The notes below the pieces were generated by a model, which saw nothing but the letters and a program-made list of their open reading frames with translations, did no database searches and was not told the origin of the DNA. Below, piece after piece: positions 19,481 to 29,505 of a stretch of 64,000 nucleotides of DNA (position 1 is its first letter; every line of letters starts with the position of its first letter). The position numbers and the translations under genes were made by a program. The stretch lies in assembly GCA_963663895.2 (NCBI GenBank), contig CAXXRD010000002.1, forward strand, positions 64,001-128,000. Reading direction: 5' to 3'. This DNA comes from Dehalococcoidia bacterium. GTDB lineage: Bacteria > Chloroflexota > Dehalococcoidia > Bin125.

Positions 19481-19798
19481 ATGTTAAGGGAATCTGGCTT
19501 GTACGACTTTTGCCAAGACGGCCCTGACCGGGGGAGTTTCAGCATCCGCCGTGGCGGATGGCGACCAACGCGCGTGGAGTTTGCCAACGCACCAAAGACG
19601 CAAGGCGGGTTGGCCGTGCGCGTGCTCGATGTGAGCGGCGGCGAGAGCCATCCCTACCAATGGCAACTGACAGAGGAGCAGAACGCAGCGATCTACGCAT
19701 GGTGCCACGCGGTGATGAAGCAGTTAGGCATGAGGCCGAAGACGAGGATGGTATGGATACCTGGCTTGCACAGGATCGCCCCGTCCGGTGGGCACTAG
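19481..19798 (+). CDS. Hypothetical protein
   Basis: GAGGG upstream of the ATG and protein-like composition; no motif recognised. Confidence 0.4.
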   Translation: MLRESGLYDFCQDGPDRGSFSIRRGGWRPTRVEFANAPKTQGGLAVRVLDVSGGESHPYQWQLTEEQNAAIYAWCHAVMKQLGMRPKTRMVWIPGLHRIAPSGGH

Positions 19799-19852
19799 GC
19801 TATATAAGCCCCCCTAACTTGACGGTAGGCAGTACCACCTTCGAGGTGCTGT

Positions 19853-20071
19853 TCAATCTGTAGCCGTGGGCTCGATGACCACGCGCCCTCCGTCCTCGAC
19901 TTCGATGTACAGGCTGTAGCCATCAAGCAGCCGCATGCCGACGAGCGGCGTCGTGTCGGAGGCATCCGCCTCCGTATACCCGGCTAGGCCATCCCAGAGC
20001 ACGGCCATCTCATAGTAAGGGAATCTCGTCTCCCTGCCATCGGCAAGCGTCGCGCGAGCAAGCCGCGGCTC
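19853..20071 (-). pseudogene. C-terminal fragment of a clan AA aspartic-protease-like gene
   Basis: ATLADGRE..F..Y...VLWDG......A.DTTPLVGMRLLDGYSLYIEVEDGGRVVIE. The N-terminal DTG half is missing and a stop lies upstream. Confidence 0.7.
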
Positions 20072-20774
20072 CTATGGGTCGACTGCTAGTCGCGAGCCTA
20101 CGAGGACAGTGAGTGCGTCCGTTGGACGTTGGATGCTCACGGAGTCCTCGCCCAAGCCAGTCCTGTCAGCATATAATGGCTACACTCAGCCAGAGCGCTT
20201 AGGCACCTGCTCAATTGCGTACCGACCAGCGATCGCTTGCTGCTTAGGCCTGGTCAGCGGCGGAGAGGATCCAGCCCGATGGCTTGCCAGATCGGAATCA
20301 CCACCGATCCAGACAGGAGGAGGAGGGAGTGGCGGAGTCAGCGCCCCACTCTGCGAGACTGGCGAATTCTGAGCACGCACTGATCCAAGCGCGCCGCCCA
20401 GAGGGAAGAAAGTAAGCTGGCGGTACGATCCACCTGCAGCTCTCATGCGGGCAGAGCCGCCCCCGAGCGCGCGACGTGGTACGTCTACCGCTTCAACCTT
20501 CTGAGAGCCGGCGTCGGGCAGCGCGTGTTGACCCCCACCGGACAGGACTCTGCGTGCTGATGCAGGGGCGCTTCAGACATCAGTCGAGGGTGGCAGGGAA
20601 TGGTTCCCGCCATCACTGCGCTGCGATAGAGCCGCTCCAAGGTTGGGTGCCACCTTCCCACGGGTTCGGGTGGAGCGGCCGGCGGGACCCGCAGAGATGC
20701 GGGCTTCCAGCCGGGGGATGGGGAACCCCGACGCAACCGTCGTCGGGAGGCCTCGAGTCGCCGGAGCGCGATCG

Positions 20775-22544
20775 ATGCTGAAGGAGATCCCCCGAAGAGA
20801 TCCGCTAGTCCGAGAGATACTCAAGTGGGCGGATGTGCAGGCCAGCCCGGTGTTGACGCACGAGTCTGCTCCTGGAACGACCTGTCAGGAGAAGGAGTTG
20901 TTGGCGGCGGTGGGCGGTCTAGCCAATGCCGTCTCGATGCGGGCTGACAACAACGGCTCCAGTGTGCCACGCGAGGTGAGGGATTGGTGGGACGCGGCCC
21001 CATCCCCTCCAGCGAATGTCGTCGACAGGGCTTGTAGCGCCTTGAACTCGGGCCGGGACCTGTTCGGCGAGCTCTATGCGGCGATCGTGTCGATGTCTAG
21101 CCGTCGACGGCTAGGCACAGTCTTCACACCGCGCCAATTGACGACACACATGCTCGCTCTCTGCGACGAGTACGGAGTCACCCCGGCCACCGTTGTCGAC
21201 CCTGGAGCGGGCGTCGGCGCCTTCACTTTGGACGCCGCAGCCAAGTGGCAGGTGCCTGTGATCGCGGTGGACCTCAATGTGGCCACGCTCGGCTTTCTTG
21301 CTGCTCGCTGCCACCTTGCCGGCCTCGAGACGTCGACGTACCCCACTCAGAACGAGACCGCGTGTACCGCACCAAGCGGGATTCACCTCGTCTGCGACGA
21401 CTTTCTTACTTGGCTGCCGGACGGCTCTTCTCGAGTACAAGGGCCGACTCTAGTGATCGGGAACCCTCCCTACACCCGGCACCAAGGGATGGACCAGCAG
21501 TCCAAGGCCGCTGCTCGAGCAGCGGCGGGTCCGCTTATTTCCTCCGGACTCGCAGGTATGGCAGCCTATTTCCTCGCGGCGACTCTCCTCCATCTGAAGC
21601 CTGCGGATGCGCTTTGCATGGTCCTCCCCAGTTCTTGGATGCACGCCAAATACGGCCGCGAGATTCGCGACCATCTGTGGCGGCTCACTCATCGAAGCGT
21701 CCGACTCGATGTCTTCCCGCACGACGTGGATGTCTTCCCGCGAGCGAAGGTCGACGCCGTGGTCCTCTTCGTGGGCCCCGAAGCACGGGAGCCAAAGTGT
21801 CTGACCGTCACCGATGCCTCCGTCAGCAGCACGAAGGTAGCCACTGCCCGGGCGGAGCACATAGACCGCCAATTCGAGCAGCCGCCGATGTTTCCCCGGT
21901 TGCCACTCGAGTGGAGTTGTGCGGATGACCAAGAAGCAGACCTTTGGGAGTCTTTCACGGTCCATAGAGGAATTGCTACGGGGATGAACGCGTTCTTCCT
22001 CCTCACCGACGCCGAGGTGGCAGAGCACCGGCTCCCCGATTCAGTATTGGCACCCGTGGTCAGCAGTCTCCGGGGGGTAGACGCTGAGACACTAGACGAA
22101 GCGGCGTTCGAGCGTCTCGGGAGTCAAGAGATGAAGCGCTGGCTCCTGGTAGTCAAGCCAGACGACATCGACATCCCAGAGGTGTCCGCATACCTCAGCC
22201 GCGGGGTTCGCTGCGGGGCCTCTGACGGATTCCTTACGAGGCAGCGAGCACACTGGTTCTCTCTCGAGGATCGCGAGGAGGCTCCACTGCTGCTGCTTCC
22301 TATGACAAAGGGCGACTTCCGTGTGGTAAGGAACCTGAAGGGTGTGAAGCATACGAACAGTCTCTACGGCTTGTACCCACGCTCTGACGATGTCGACGTC
22401 GACGAAGCCGCTCGCTGGCTCCGCGGCGCTAAGGGCCAGCAAGCACTGCGCCAGGTCGCGAGGCGGTATGGTGCTGGCATGCTGAAGCTGGAACCGCGAG
22501 CCGTGGGTTCCACCCGCGTGCCGCGATCTTTCGGCAAGACGTAG
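20775..22544 (+). CDS. N6-adenine DNA methyltransferase (gamma class, TaqI/Eco57I-like)
   Basis: G.VFTP, motif I VDPGAGVGAF, motif IV GNPPY, TRD with RGIATG.NAFF and LKLEP. Start uncertain (20643-20775). Confidence 0.88.
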   Translation: MLKEIPRRDPLVREILKWADVQASPVLTHESAPGTTCQEKELLAAVGGLANAVSMRADNNGSSVPREVRDWWDAAPSPPANVVDRACSALNSGRDLFGELYAAIVSMSSRRRLGTVFTPRQLTTHMLALCDEYGVTPATVVDPGAGVGAFTLDAAAKWQVPVIAVDLNVATLGFLAARCHLAGLETSTYPTQNETACTAPSGIHLVCDDFLTWLPDGSSRVQGPTLVIGNPPYTRHQGMDQQSKAAARAAAGPLISSGLAGMAAYFLAATLLHLKPADALCMVLPSSWMHAKYGREIRDHLWRLTHRSVRLDVFPHDVDVFPRAKVDAVVLFVGPEAREPKCLTVTDASVSSTKVATARAEHIDRQFEQPPMFPRLPLEWSCADDQEADLWESFTVHRGIATGMNAFFLLTDAEVAEHRLPDSVLAPVVSSLRGVDAETLDEAAFERLGSQEMKRWLLVVKPDDIDIPEVSAYLSRGVRCGASDGFLTRQRAHWFSLEDREEAPLLLLPMTKGDFRVVRNLKGVKHTNSLYGLYPRSDDVDVDEAARWLRGAKGQQALRQVARRYGAGMLKLEPRAVGSTRVPRSFGKT

Positions 22545-22559
22545 CGAAGGCGAGTTCGC

Positions 22560-24821
22560 ATGGCGAGGTTCACGGTCGACACGCACCTCTTCTCGGAGTT
22601 GGGCGCCCTGCTCGTCGGCCGCGACAGCACGGCGCTCAATGAACTCGTCAAGAACGCGTATGACGCTGATGCCTCCACGGTGATCGTGCATGGTGAGGGC
22701 TTGGCGGCTGCCGGTGGATCGATTGAAGTGATCGATGACGGCGTAGGGATGACCGCGGAAGCGTTCGAGCGAGGATTCCTTCGGATCGCTTCGCGCGTGA
22801 AGACACTGGGGGAGCGAAAGTCCCCTGTCTTTGGCCGTCGATACACTGGACGGAAGGGGATTGGACGTCTTGCCGCCCACAAACTAGCTTCGCAAGTCGG
22901 CGTGCATTCGGTGCCCGACCCAAGAGTATTCGGATCCGACGCAGTGGGAGTGGAGGCATCGATCGATTGGGACATGATCGAGTCCCTTGAGTCGATCGAT
23001 GAAACCGATGCCGGTATCGATTTGCGTACGCTTCCGGCCAACCCGGGCCCGCATGGAACAACCGTTGCCCTGGGGCGGCTCAGGAGTCGCTGGAGCCCTT
23101 CCATGCTCGCGAGATTCGTCGGCGAGGTGCGCAGCTTCGAGGCCCCTGCGTTCCTAGTCGATCGACTCCCAACCACCACAATCGCGGAGCCCTTGTTGTT
23201 TGAGCAGCCGCGCGTTCGAGACTCATCTGCCGATGATCCGGGGTTTCTCGTACGACTATCAGGAGACCTTGACGTCGGCGATGACTACTGGCAGCAACTC
23301 GCTGAGCGGTGCCAGTGGATTATCGAGATTAAGGCTCGGCAGGGAGAACGGAACGTCGAGTATGCGGTGGGGCCAACCGCGGCCGAGGCCGTCCGCACCC
23401 CGTTAGCACACTTCCAGCACTGGACTATCCCGCACCCCGATCCTGATACAGGCCCGTTCTTCGCCGCTCGTATCTTCGTGAGGGCTACCAGGAGGGTCAC
23501 CGGACCTGTGCGTGCCTTCGCACTCGGTGCAGCCGGCGTGCGCGTGTATATGGAAGGATTCCGTGTTCTTCCCTACGGTGAGAGAGGTGACGACTGGCTA
23601 AAGCTTGACGCGGACTACACACGGCGTCGTCAGCCCTTCGAGCTAGGCGGTCTCTCCGGGCAGCCGCTGGACGAGCCAGTCGAAGAAGAGACGCTCCTCC
23701 GCCTGGCCAACGACAACTACTACGGTGGGGTCTTCCTCACCGACGCCGGTTCACCAATGTTGGAAATGCTCGTGAACCGGGAAGGGTTCATTCCTGGCGA
23801 GGGCTTCGTACACCTAGTGGATCTGGTGCGCAGAGGTATAGACCTGTCGGTGCGCTTGCGTGCGTCTGTGCAATCACAGACTCGGTCGGGACGAGGCTTG
23901 GACGCCGGAGACGATGGGACCGTCGCGCAGCCGGCTCACGTCGAGGAAGCCCTCAAGCGCACACTGGAGGTCATTGGCGACGCGAGGATTCACACGAAAG
24001 AGCTGGGGTCGGATGGCGAGCTGCTCGACGACGCACTAGATCGCACTGCTAGCTCTGTGCGAGATACCCAGAAAGTGCTCTCTGCGGCACGCTCTGAGCA
24101 GCAGAATCTGCGGACTGCCGCAAGCATTGGTACGCAGTTCGCTGCCTTCATCCATGAGATCCATGCGCTGTTGGCACAAGCTCGCGCGGTGGACGCCATT
24201 GCAGAGCGTCTCACCACTGACGATGCCATCCCGCGATCGTCGCGCCAGACCTTACGCGATCTGCGCGATGCAATCGCCGCCCTCGTCCTGCAGCTGGAGC
24301 GGCAGGCGTCGTTCCTGACTGATGTCGTGGGGGCCAACGCTCGCAGACGCAGGCGTCGATTATCGGTCCGGGTGGAGGTCAGTAGCGCCCTTAGGCTGCT
24401 TTCCTCGCGCATCGAACGCAGGGACCAATCAATCGAGATCGATGTTGCCCCTAACCTCAGGACCCCACCGATGTTCAGTTCAGAATGGTTGAGCATTCTG
24501 ATCAACGTCCTCAGCAACGCAGTCAAGGCTGCAGGCGACGGGGGAACCATCCTTGTGAGAAGCAGTGCAACCGATGGGTACTTGCACCTCGAGGTCGCCA
24601 ACACAGGAGAGGCCGTTGACTTGGCAGATGCGGAGCGCTGGTTTCGACCATTCGAGTCCAGCACCGCAGAAATAGACGAAGTCCTCGGGCAGGGAATGGG
24701 ATTGGGGCTCCCTATCGTCCGCCGGATCCTCGATGAGTACGGAGGCTCAGCAGAATTCGTCCCCTCCAAACCGCCCTTCATGACCACTCTTGACATCCGT
24801 CTACCCGAGCGCGCCCGATGA
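22560..24821 (+). CDS. MORC/GHKL ATPase fused to a histidine kinase
   Basis: N-terminal Bergerat motifs ELVKNAYDADA, DDGVGM, GRKGIGR and GTTV; central GFRVLPYG..DDWL and NREGF; C-terminal H-box FIHEI, N-box NAVKA and G2 GQGMGLGL. No TM segments. Confidence 0.88.
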   Translation: MARFTVDTHLFSELGALLVGRDSTALNELVKNAYDADASTVIVHGEGLAAAGGSIEVIDDGVGMTAEAFERGFLRIASRVKTLGERKSPVFGRRYTGRKGIGRLAAHKLASQVGVHSVPDPRVFGSDAVGVEASIDWDMIESLESIDETDAGIDLRTLPANPGPHGTTVALGRLRSRWSPSMLARFVGEVRSFEAPAFLVDRLPTTTIAEPLLFEQPRVRDSSADDPGFLVRLSGDLDVGDDYWQQLAERCQWIIEIKARQGERNVEYAVGPTAAEAVRTPLAHFQHWTIPHPDPDTGPFFAARIFVRATRRVTGPVRAFALGAAGVRVYMEGFRVLPYGERGDDWLKLDADYTRRRQPFELGGLSGQPLDEPVEEETLLRLANDNYYGGVFLTDAGSPMLEMLVNREGFIPGEGFVHLVDLVRRGIDLSVRLRASVQSQTRSGRGLDAGDDGTVAQPAHVEEALKRTLEVIGDARIHTKELGSDGELLDDALDRTASSVRDTQKVLSAARSEQQNLRTAASIGTQFAAFIHEIHALLAQARAVDAIAERLTTDDAIPRSSRQTLRDLRDAIAALVLQLERQASFLTDVVGANARRRRRRLSVRVEVSSALRLLSSRIERRDQSIEIDVAPNLRTPPMFSSEWLSILINVLSNAVKAAGDGGTILVRSSATDGYLHLEVANTGEAVDLADAERWFRPFESSTAEIDEVLGQGMGLGLPIVRRILDEYGGSAEFVPSKPPFMTTLDIRLPERAR

Positions 24822-25921
24822 CGATTCCGCACATCCTGATCGTTGATGACGACCCGGACCGAGCAAGGAAATCGATTGGGCTTGAATTCGTCGCAGACGA
24901 CGCGAATGTTGTTGTCCGGCACCCCCAGGAAATCTCATCAGGTGACTTGGCGAGCTGCACGGTTATCGCCGTAGACCACTACCTGGAGGACTGGCCCGAA
25001 CGGGACCTGCAGGGTCCCGCCATGAACCCCAGAAACGGATTTGCGGTAGCGGCCGTCCTCCGCTCGCAGCTGCCAGTGGACCAACCGGGTCCCGCGATTG
25101 CGATCCTCACTGCCGAGTTGTCTACGCTTGCTGGGACATTGCCGTTGAAGGCCGCCGAGCACCTGCTCGCCTGGCAGCACGATATTGAGTGGGTGTTCCC
25201 CAAGAGCAGCGCAGTCCCACTTCGTCTGATCGCCATGTCCAGAGCCGTCCAGAAGCTCCGAGATGTATGGAGCAGTTCGCTTGAACTGGAGGACCTTGCC
25301 TCGGGCTGGCTCGACCTAAAGGATGTCGACTGGCGCGGTGTAGCGCTGGATCATGTCCTCCAGACCCGTCCGCCCATTCACGCCGTCAGCGCCCAGACCG
25401 CCGGTGCTAGCATCCTGGGGTGGTTCTTGCACCGGGTGCTACCGTACCCCACCTTCTTAACCAACATCTTCTGGACAGCCACCCGTTTGGGCGTTGCTCC
25501 GAGCTGGCTCGAGGCGGAGCTTCAGACGGACAGCGGGCTGTCCACGCGCCTGTCGGGCTGCCAGTACTCGGGGGCTTTCTCGGAGTTCTCGGCCCCGCAT
25601 TGGTGGAGGGCGGGCCTTGCGAACATGATCGCTCAACTCTCGGACGGACAGCCGTTCGATCGGACCGCGCTGCATACGGGGGTTCGTCGCGTCACCTCGG
25701 TCGAGCCGGACTTCTTGACCGAAGAGCATCCTGTTCTCGCGGTCGACCCCGCGACGATGGAGCCGACGCGAATCGTCGAGGTTGACCGGGCGATACGGAT
25801 TAGCCCCGACGGCTGGCCACTCTACGCAGATGACGCTTGGGCATCGGTGGCTGACGCCCTCGACAATCCCGATATCGCCGAGATCGTTCTGGAACAGTCG
25901 CTTCTTGAGGCTCCCGGCTAA
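24818..25921 (+). CDS. Receiver-domain protein with an unrecognised C-terminal output region
   Basis: ILIVDDD, phosphoacceptor-like VDHYL, NGF, ILT, FPK; ATGA overlap with the kinase. Confidence 0.8.
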   Translation: MTIPHILIVDDDPDRARKSIGLEFVADDANVVVRHPQEISSGDLASCTVIAVDHYLEDWPERDLQGPAMNPRNGFAVAAVLRSQLPVDQPGPAIAILTAELSTLAGTLPLKAAEHLLAWQHDIEWVFPKSSAVPLRLIAMSRAVQKLRDVWSSSLELEDLASGWLDLKDVDWRGVALDHVLQTRPPIHAVSAQTAGASILGWFLHRVLPYPTFLTNIFWTATRLGVAPSWLEAELQTDSGLSTRLSGCQYSGAFSEFSAPHWWRAGLANMIAQLSDGQPFDRTALHTGVRRVTSVEPDFLTEEHPVLAVDPATMEPTRIVEVDRAIRISPDGWPLYADDAWASVADALDNPDIAEIVLEQSLLEAPG

Positions 25922-25924
25922 CCG

Positions 25925-26713
25925 ATGACGGATGATCCCCTTCAATTTGACGTGCATGAGCTCATTAGCGAGGTGAAGCTCATGGAGAAGCTGGGCGCGG
26001 CCTTTCTCGAGGAAGGTGCAACCTGTGTGTTGAAGGACGTCGTCGGCCAGCTCGAAAGGCTCCGGTACTGTCGTGACGCGATTACGGTGTCCGTAGGTCC
26101 CGAGTGGCCGATCAGGACAATTGCATCTGACGGCGGGTATGAGCGAGACCACGGCGGCAGCCACAAGGATCTGTTCGCAGAACTAATCTTCCACTGGCGA
26201 CTACGGCCGCTGGGCAACGCGAGCAAGAAACCTCAAGCGAGACGCCGAGTGGAGGTTGCCGGAATCACGTCCACCGTGGCTCGACTGAAGATCAACTACC
26301 AGGGAACGGCGTTTGACGTCGCAAGTTGGCGAATGGAGTTCGGCGACGGCGCAAGCCCGGGGGCCTTTTTTCATGCTCAGATTCCGGACGCGTGGGAGGC
26401 GTGTGATCAGGCCGACCAAGGGAACGGGCCGACGAAGTGGCCCCACTGGTTGCCGGTACCTAGGCTGCCAATACCGGTTCTGACACCGATGCTTGCGTTG
26501 GAGTTCACACTCGCGGAGGTATTCCAAGACCGCTGGCCTGAGCACCTTGCATCGGGCAGGTATGAGGTAGACAAGTGGCGCGCGCTGCAGCAGAACCGCT
26601 ATGTGAGTTACTACGAGTGGCAAAAAGAGAATGCAGGTACATCGGGGCCCGGTTCGCCCATCTTAGCCACAAAGGGCGCGAAGCCAGCTTGGGACTTGTT
26701 CCTCTCCCAGTAG
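25925..26713 (+). CDS. Hypothetical protein, fourth gene of the operon (DUF2290-like pattern by eye)
   Basis: Starts 3 nt after the previous stop; WRMEF.....PG.FFHAQI...PRLPIP.LTP..ALEF.L..VF. Confidence 0.75.
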   Translation: MTDDPLQFDVHELISEVKLMEKLGAAFLEEGATCVLKDVVGQLERLRYCRDAITVSVGPEWPIRTIASDGGYERDHGGSHKDLFAELIFHWRLRPLGNASKKPQARRRVEVAGITSTVARLKINYQGTAFDVASWRMEFGDGASPGAFFHAQIPDAWEACDQADQGNGPTKWPHWLPVPRLPIPVLTPMLALEFTLAEVFQDRWPEHLASGRYEVDKWRALQQNRYVSYYEWQKENAGTSGPGSPILATKGAKPAWDLFLSQ

Positions 26714-27199
26714 TAGGAGGGAGCTGGTCCGGTCGGCAACAGTCCGTGGCACTGCGGGTAGCCGAGTGAGTGGTGCGGACTTCGAGCATCCCCAGCTGCA
26801 GGGTGTTCCGGTAGACCATGAGACGACCCGCAACCAGCTTAGTCGGGTCGATGCGCCAGTAGGGTCGGGAAGCTGAAAGCGTAAGTCGCTCTGCGCTTAT
26901 AGAGCTGCGGGATGGCTCCCCATCGGGTGCCCCCCGGCATCCGGAAGCCAACGCAGGGCTCGGGGCGACGCCAGAGCTGGTCGCAGCAGCGCTACTGAGG
27001 CACCGGCCCGAGGGCGATCGCTCCTAAGGGCCTGTCTACACTTGGCGGCAACGACTAGGCTGTATGGCATGTCGAGGAAATGTGGAAACCCAGCGATCAC
27101 GGGTGAAGCCCCAGCGAGGACGCCCGAACGCCTCTTGTGCGTACCCTCCATCAAGGGAATGCAGCGCTACCATCGGTGGCTTCGATACGGGGATACCTA

Positions 27200-28586
27200 C
27201 AAGTGTGACACCTGCGGGAAGATAGACGACCGCTAGCTTGGTCACGCGAACTCCTCGCGCGCCGCGCCCAGACAAAGCAGGCGGCAGAAGAGGTGCGCGA
27301 AGCGCTCGGGGTCTTCCCGGACGATCTGCTCGCTCGCCTGGGCGACGATGTCCGGGCCGAACTCGGGGAGTACGTCGAGCCATCCACGGAGCGAATCGGC
27401 CATGCCTTCCCGGTAGCGCCGGGGGTGCTCGCCCCGGGCGGGGGCTCCACGCCACGACGACGTACGAACCCGATGGCGTCGTGAGCTTTGAGGCGACATC
27501 ACACGTGGAGGCGCTCGCCAAGGGCGCAGCCATGCTCGGCAGTGAGCCCGTCGCGAACCTCATGGCCGGATGGCTGCGGGGTGAGCCGATCCGATACCAG
27601 ATCAGGAGCATCCTCAACACTGACTGCATCCTGCCGGAACCCCTGTGGCCGAGGAGGGCGTGCGGCTCGAGTCGCTCCCGCTCTCGACCGACCGTCTCAG
27701 CGGATACTTGCCACTGATTGGGGAGCGGTCGCCCGAGCAGTACCTCGGCAGGATGATGTTGGCGATGGATCATTCCGCGTCGCCCGCGCTGTTCCGGCTC
27801 GGCGACGAACAGTCCGTGCGCGCGGAGCGCGCGACGGGCGCCCCGGGTGCCGAACCAGAGGTGGTCTGCCAGGCGCTGGCGATCGAAGCGGACGCCTTCA
27901 CGGAGGTCGCGTTCTCGTGGCCGGACTTCGGGGACCACCTCAGCGTGCTCGGCCTGCGAAGCGGGGATCAAATCTGGTCCACCGCACAGGCCCACTTCCG
28001 ACCCTCGTCATTCCGGAACTACTCCGTGGAGACCGACTACGTGACAGACGTGACGACGCTGACGTTCGAGGACGCGCCGGAGATCGAAGTCGACGGCGAA
28101 CGGCTGGGAGCCGTACTCACCGCCCTTGCGGAGTCCTCGTCCGGCAGTCTCCAGATCGCCGCGTCGCGGTGGCTGCGATCCAAGGACACGTCCCCTCCCC
28201 TCAAAGATCGGTTCATCGATCTGCGGATTGCGCTGGAATCACTGTACTTGCGCGACTTCAAGAACGAGCACAGCCAAGAGATGGGGTTTCGGGTGGCGCT
28301 CTTCAGCGCGTGGCATCTGGGAGCCGATCTCGACGAGAGACGAACGCTCCGCAAGACGCTGCGCGACGCATACCGCGCAGCGTCGAGAGCGGTCCACGAC
28401 GGCGACATCGAATCCGAGCGTAAATCCAGGCGCAAGAATAACGAGAAGCCGCCCCGCCTGTGGCGCGAGAACGAGAAGCTCTTGTCCGAGGCTCAGGACA
28501 TCGTTCGCCAGGGCTTGCTGGCAACGATCGCGAACGGCCCGCCGCGTGACTGGGGCGACCTCGTTCTCGGCGGCGGCCCGACATAG
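27200..28586 (+). pseudogene. ApeA-like/HEPN-domain gene with two apparent frameshifts (~27445 and ~27645)
   Basis: Three overlapping frames join into one protein-like sequence. The C-terminal DRFIDLRIALESLY...FRVAL..AWHLG...AY..ASRAVHDG is a HEPN-like motif with the R replaced. 5' end approximate. Confidence 0.65.
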
Positions 28587-28655
28587 ATCCCGCGCGTACG
28601 CCCGGCAGTGGGCCAGCGCGCGGGCGGCAAGAGAGCCGCGCACACAGCGCTGGGC

Positions 28656-28689
28656 AGGACGCCGCCGCCGGGTCTGGCGGCGGCGTCCT
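28656..28689. terminator. GC-rich hairpin between convergent genes
   Basis: aggacgccgccgccg-ggtc-tggcggcggcgtcct. Confidence 0.65.
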
Positions 28690-28698
28690 CTTGCGTGG

Positions 28699-29245
28699 CT
28701 ACCCGGCGGCGGCCAGCGCCCCCTCGTGTTCTTTATCGAGTGCCCACTCGAGGAGAGAGAACGTCGGAGCCTCGTCCCGACGCTTGCGTGGCGGTTCCTC
28801 CGGCTCATCGGCCATGAACTCCGCCCTCGAGAACAGCGACCGCTCCGCCTCCGGCGCCGCGCCACCGTCCGTGACCGGCTCCGCTGTCGCTCCGGCCCCG
28901 GCCGTCACGGGCTCGGGTTCCGGTGCGGCCCAGCCTTCGTCGGCCAGCAGCGCCTCGGCCTCCGCCGCGACCTGGCGGGCCTGCTAGAAGACCGACTCCG
29001 CCGAACCCGCGTCCTCCTCGCCCGCGACGATCTTGCGTGCTAGGGAAAGCATCAAGTCGTCGCCGTCGTCCCCGTAGGCGGCGAGGCCGTCCTCGGGCAG
29101 CTCCCCCTCGACGGCGAGCGAGGTCTGGAGCTTCTGCGCCACGTGCTTCAGGGCGTCGGCCTGGGGGGGGTATTCCAGTAGGCATGAAGACGACCTGCAC
29201 GGGCTCGCTCTGGCCGATGCGCCGGGAGGCCTTCCGCAACGCGTT
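28699..29245 (-). pseudogene. 3' relic of a large ICE-type SF2 helicase gene
   Basis: LRKASRRIGQSEPVQVVFM (motif VI-like) ... QADALKHVAQKLQTSLAVEGELPEDGL ... SLFSRAEFMADEP ... SLLEWAL; frameshift and internal TAG. Confidence 0.65.
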
Positions 29246-29505
29246 GGACACCGCAACCGTCTCGAACCAACGAGACTATCGACGCAGGTGGACCTCCTCA
29301 TGATCGAGTAGGGAACGGGAGATTGTACGTATCGTGGACCGAACAAGGGGGGCAAGGTTCGGGATGTTCGCGGTCCGCAGGGAACTGTCCACAGTGACAT
29401 GGGAAACGCGCGTTGGCTTTGCCCCGTCTATCCTCGGCAAACATTCCCCCCTGACCACGTCACGAGGCCAGGTACCTCAAATCTGCACGACGCCGGGGAC
29501 CTCCG

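Noticed and set aside
20075-20640. Short ORFs upstream of the MTase operon, and those at 26720-27190
   Set aside because: No recognisable motifs or consistent coding signal; left unannotated.
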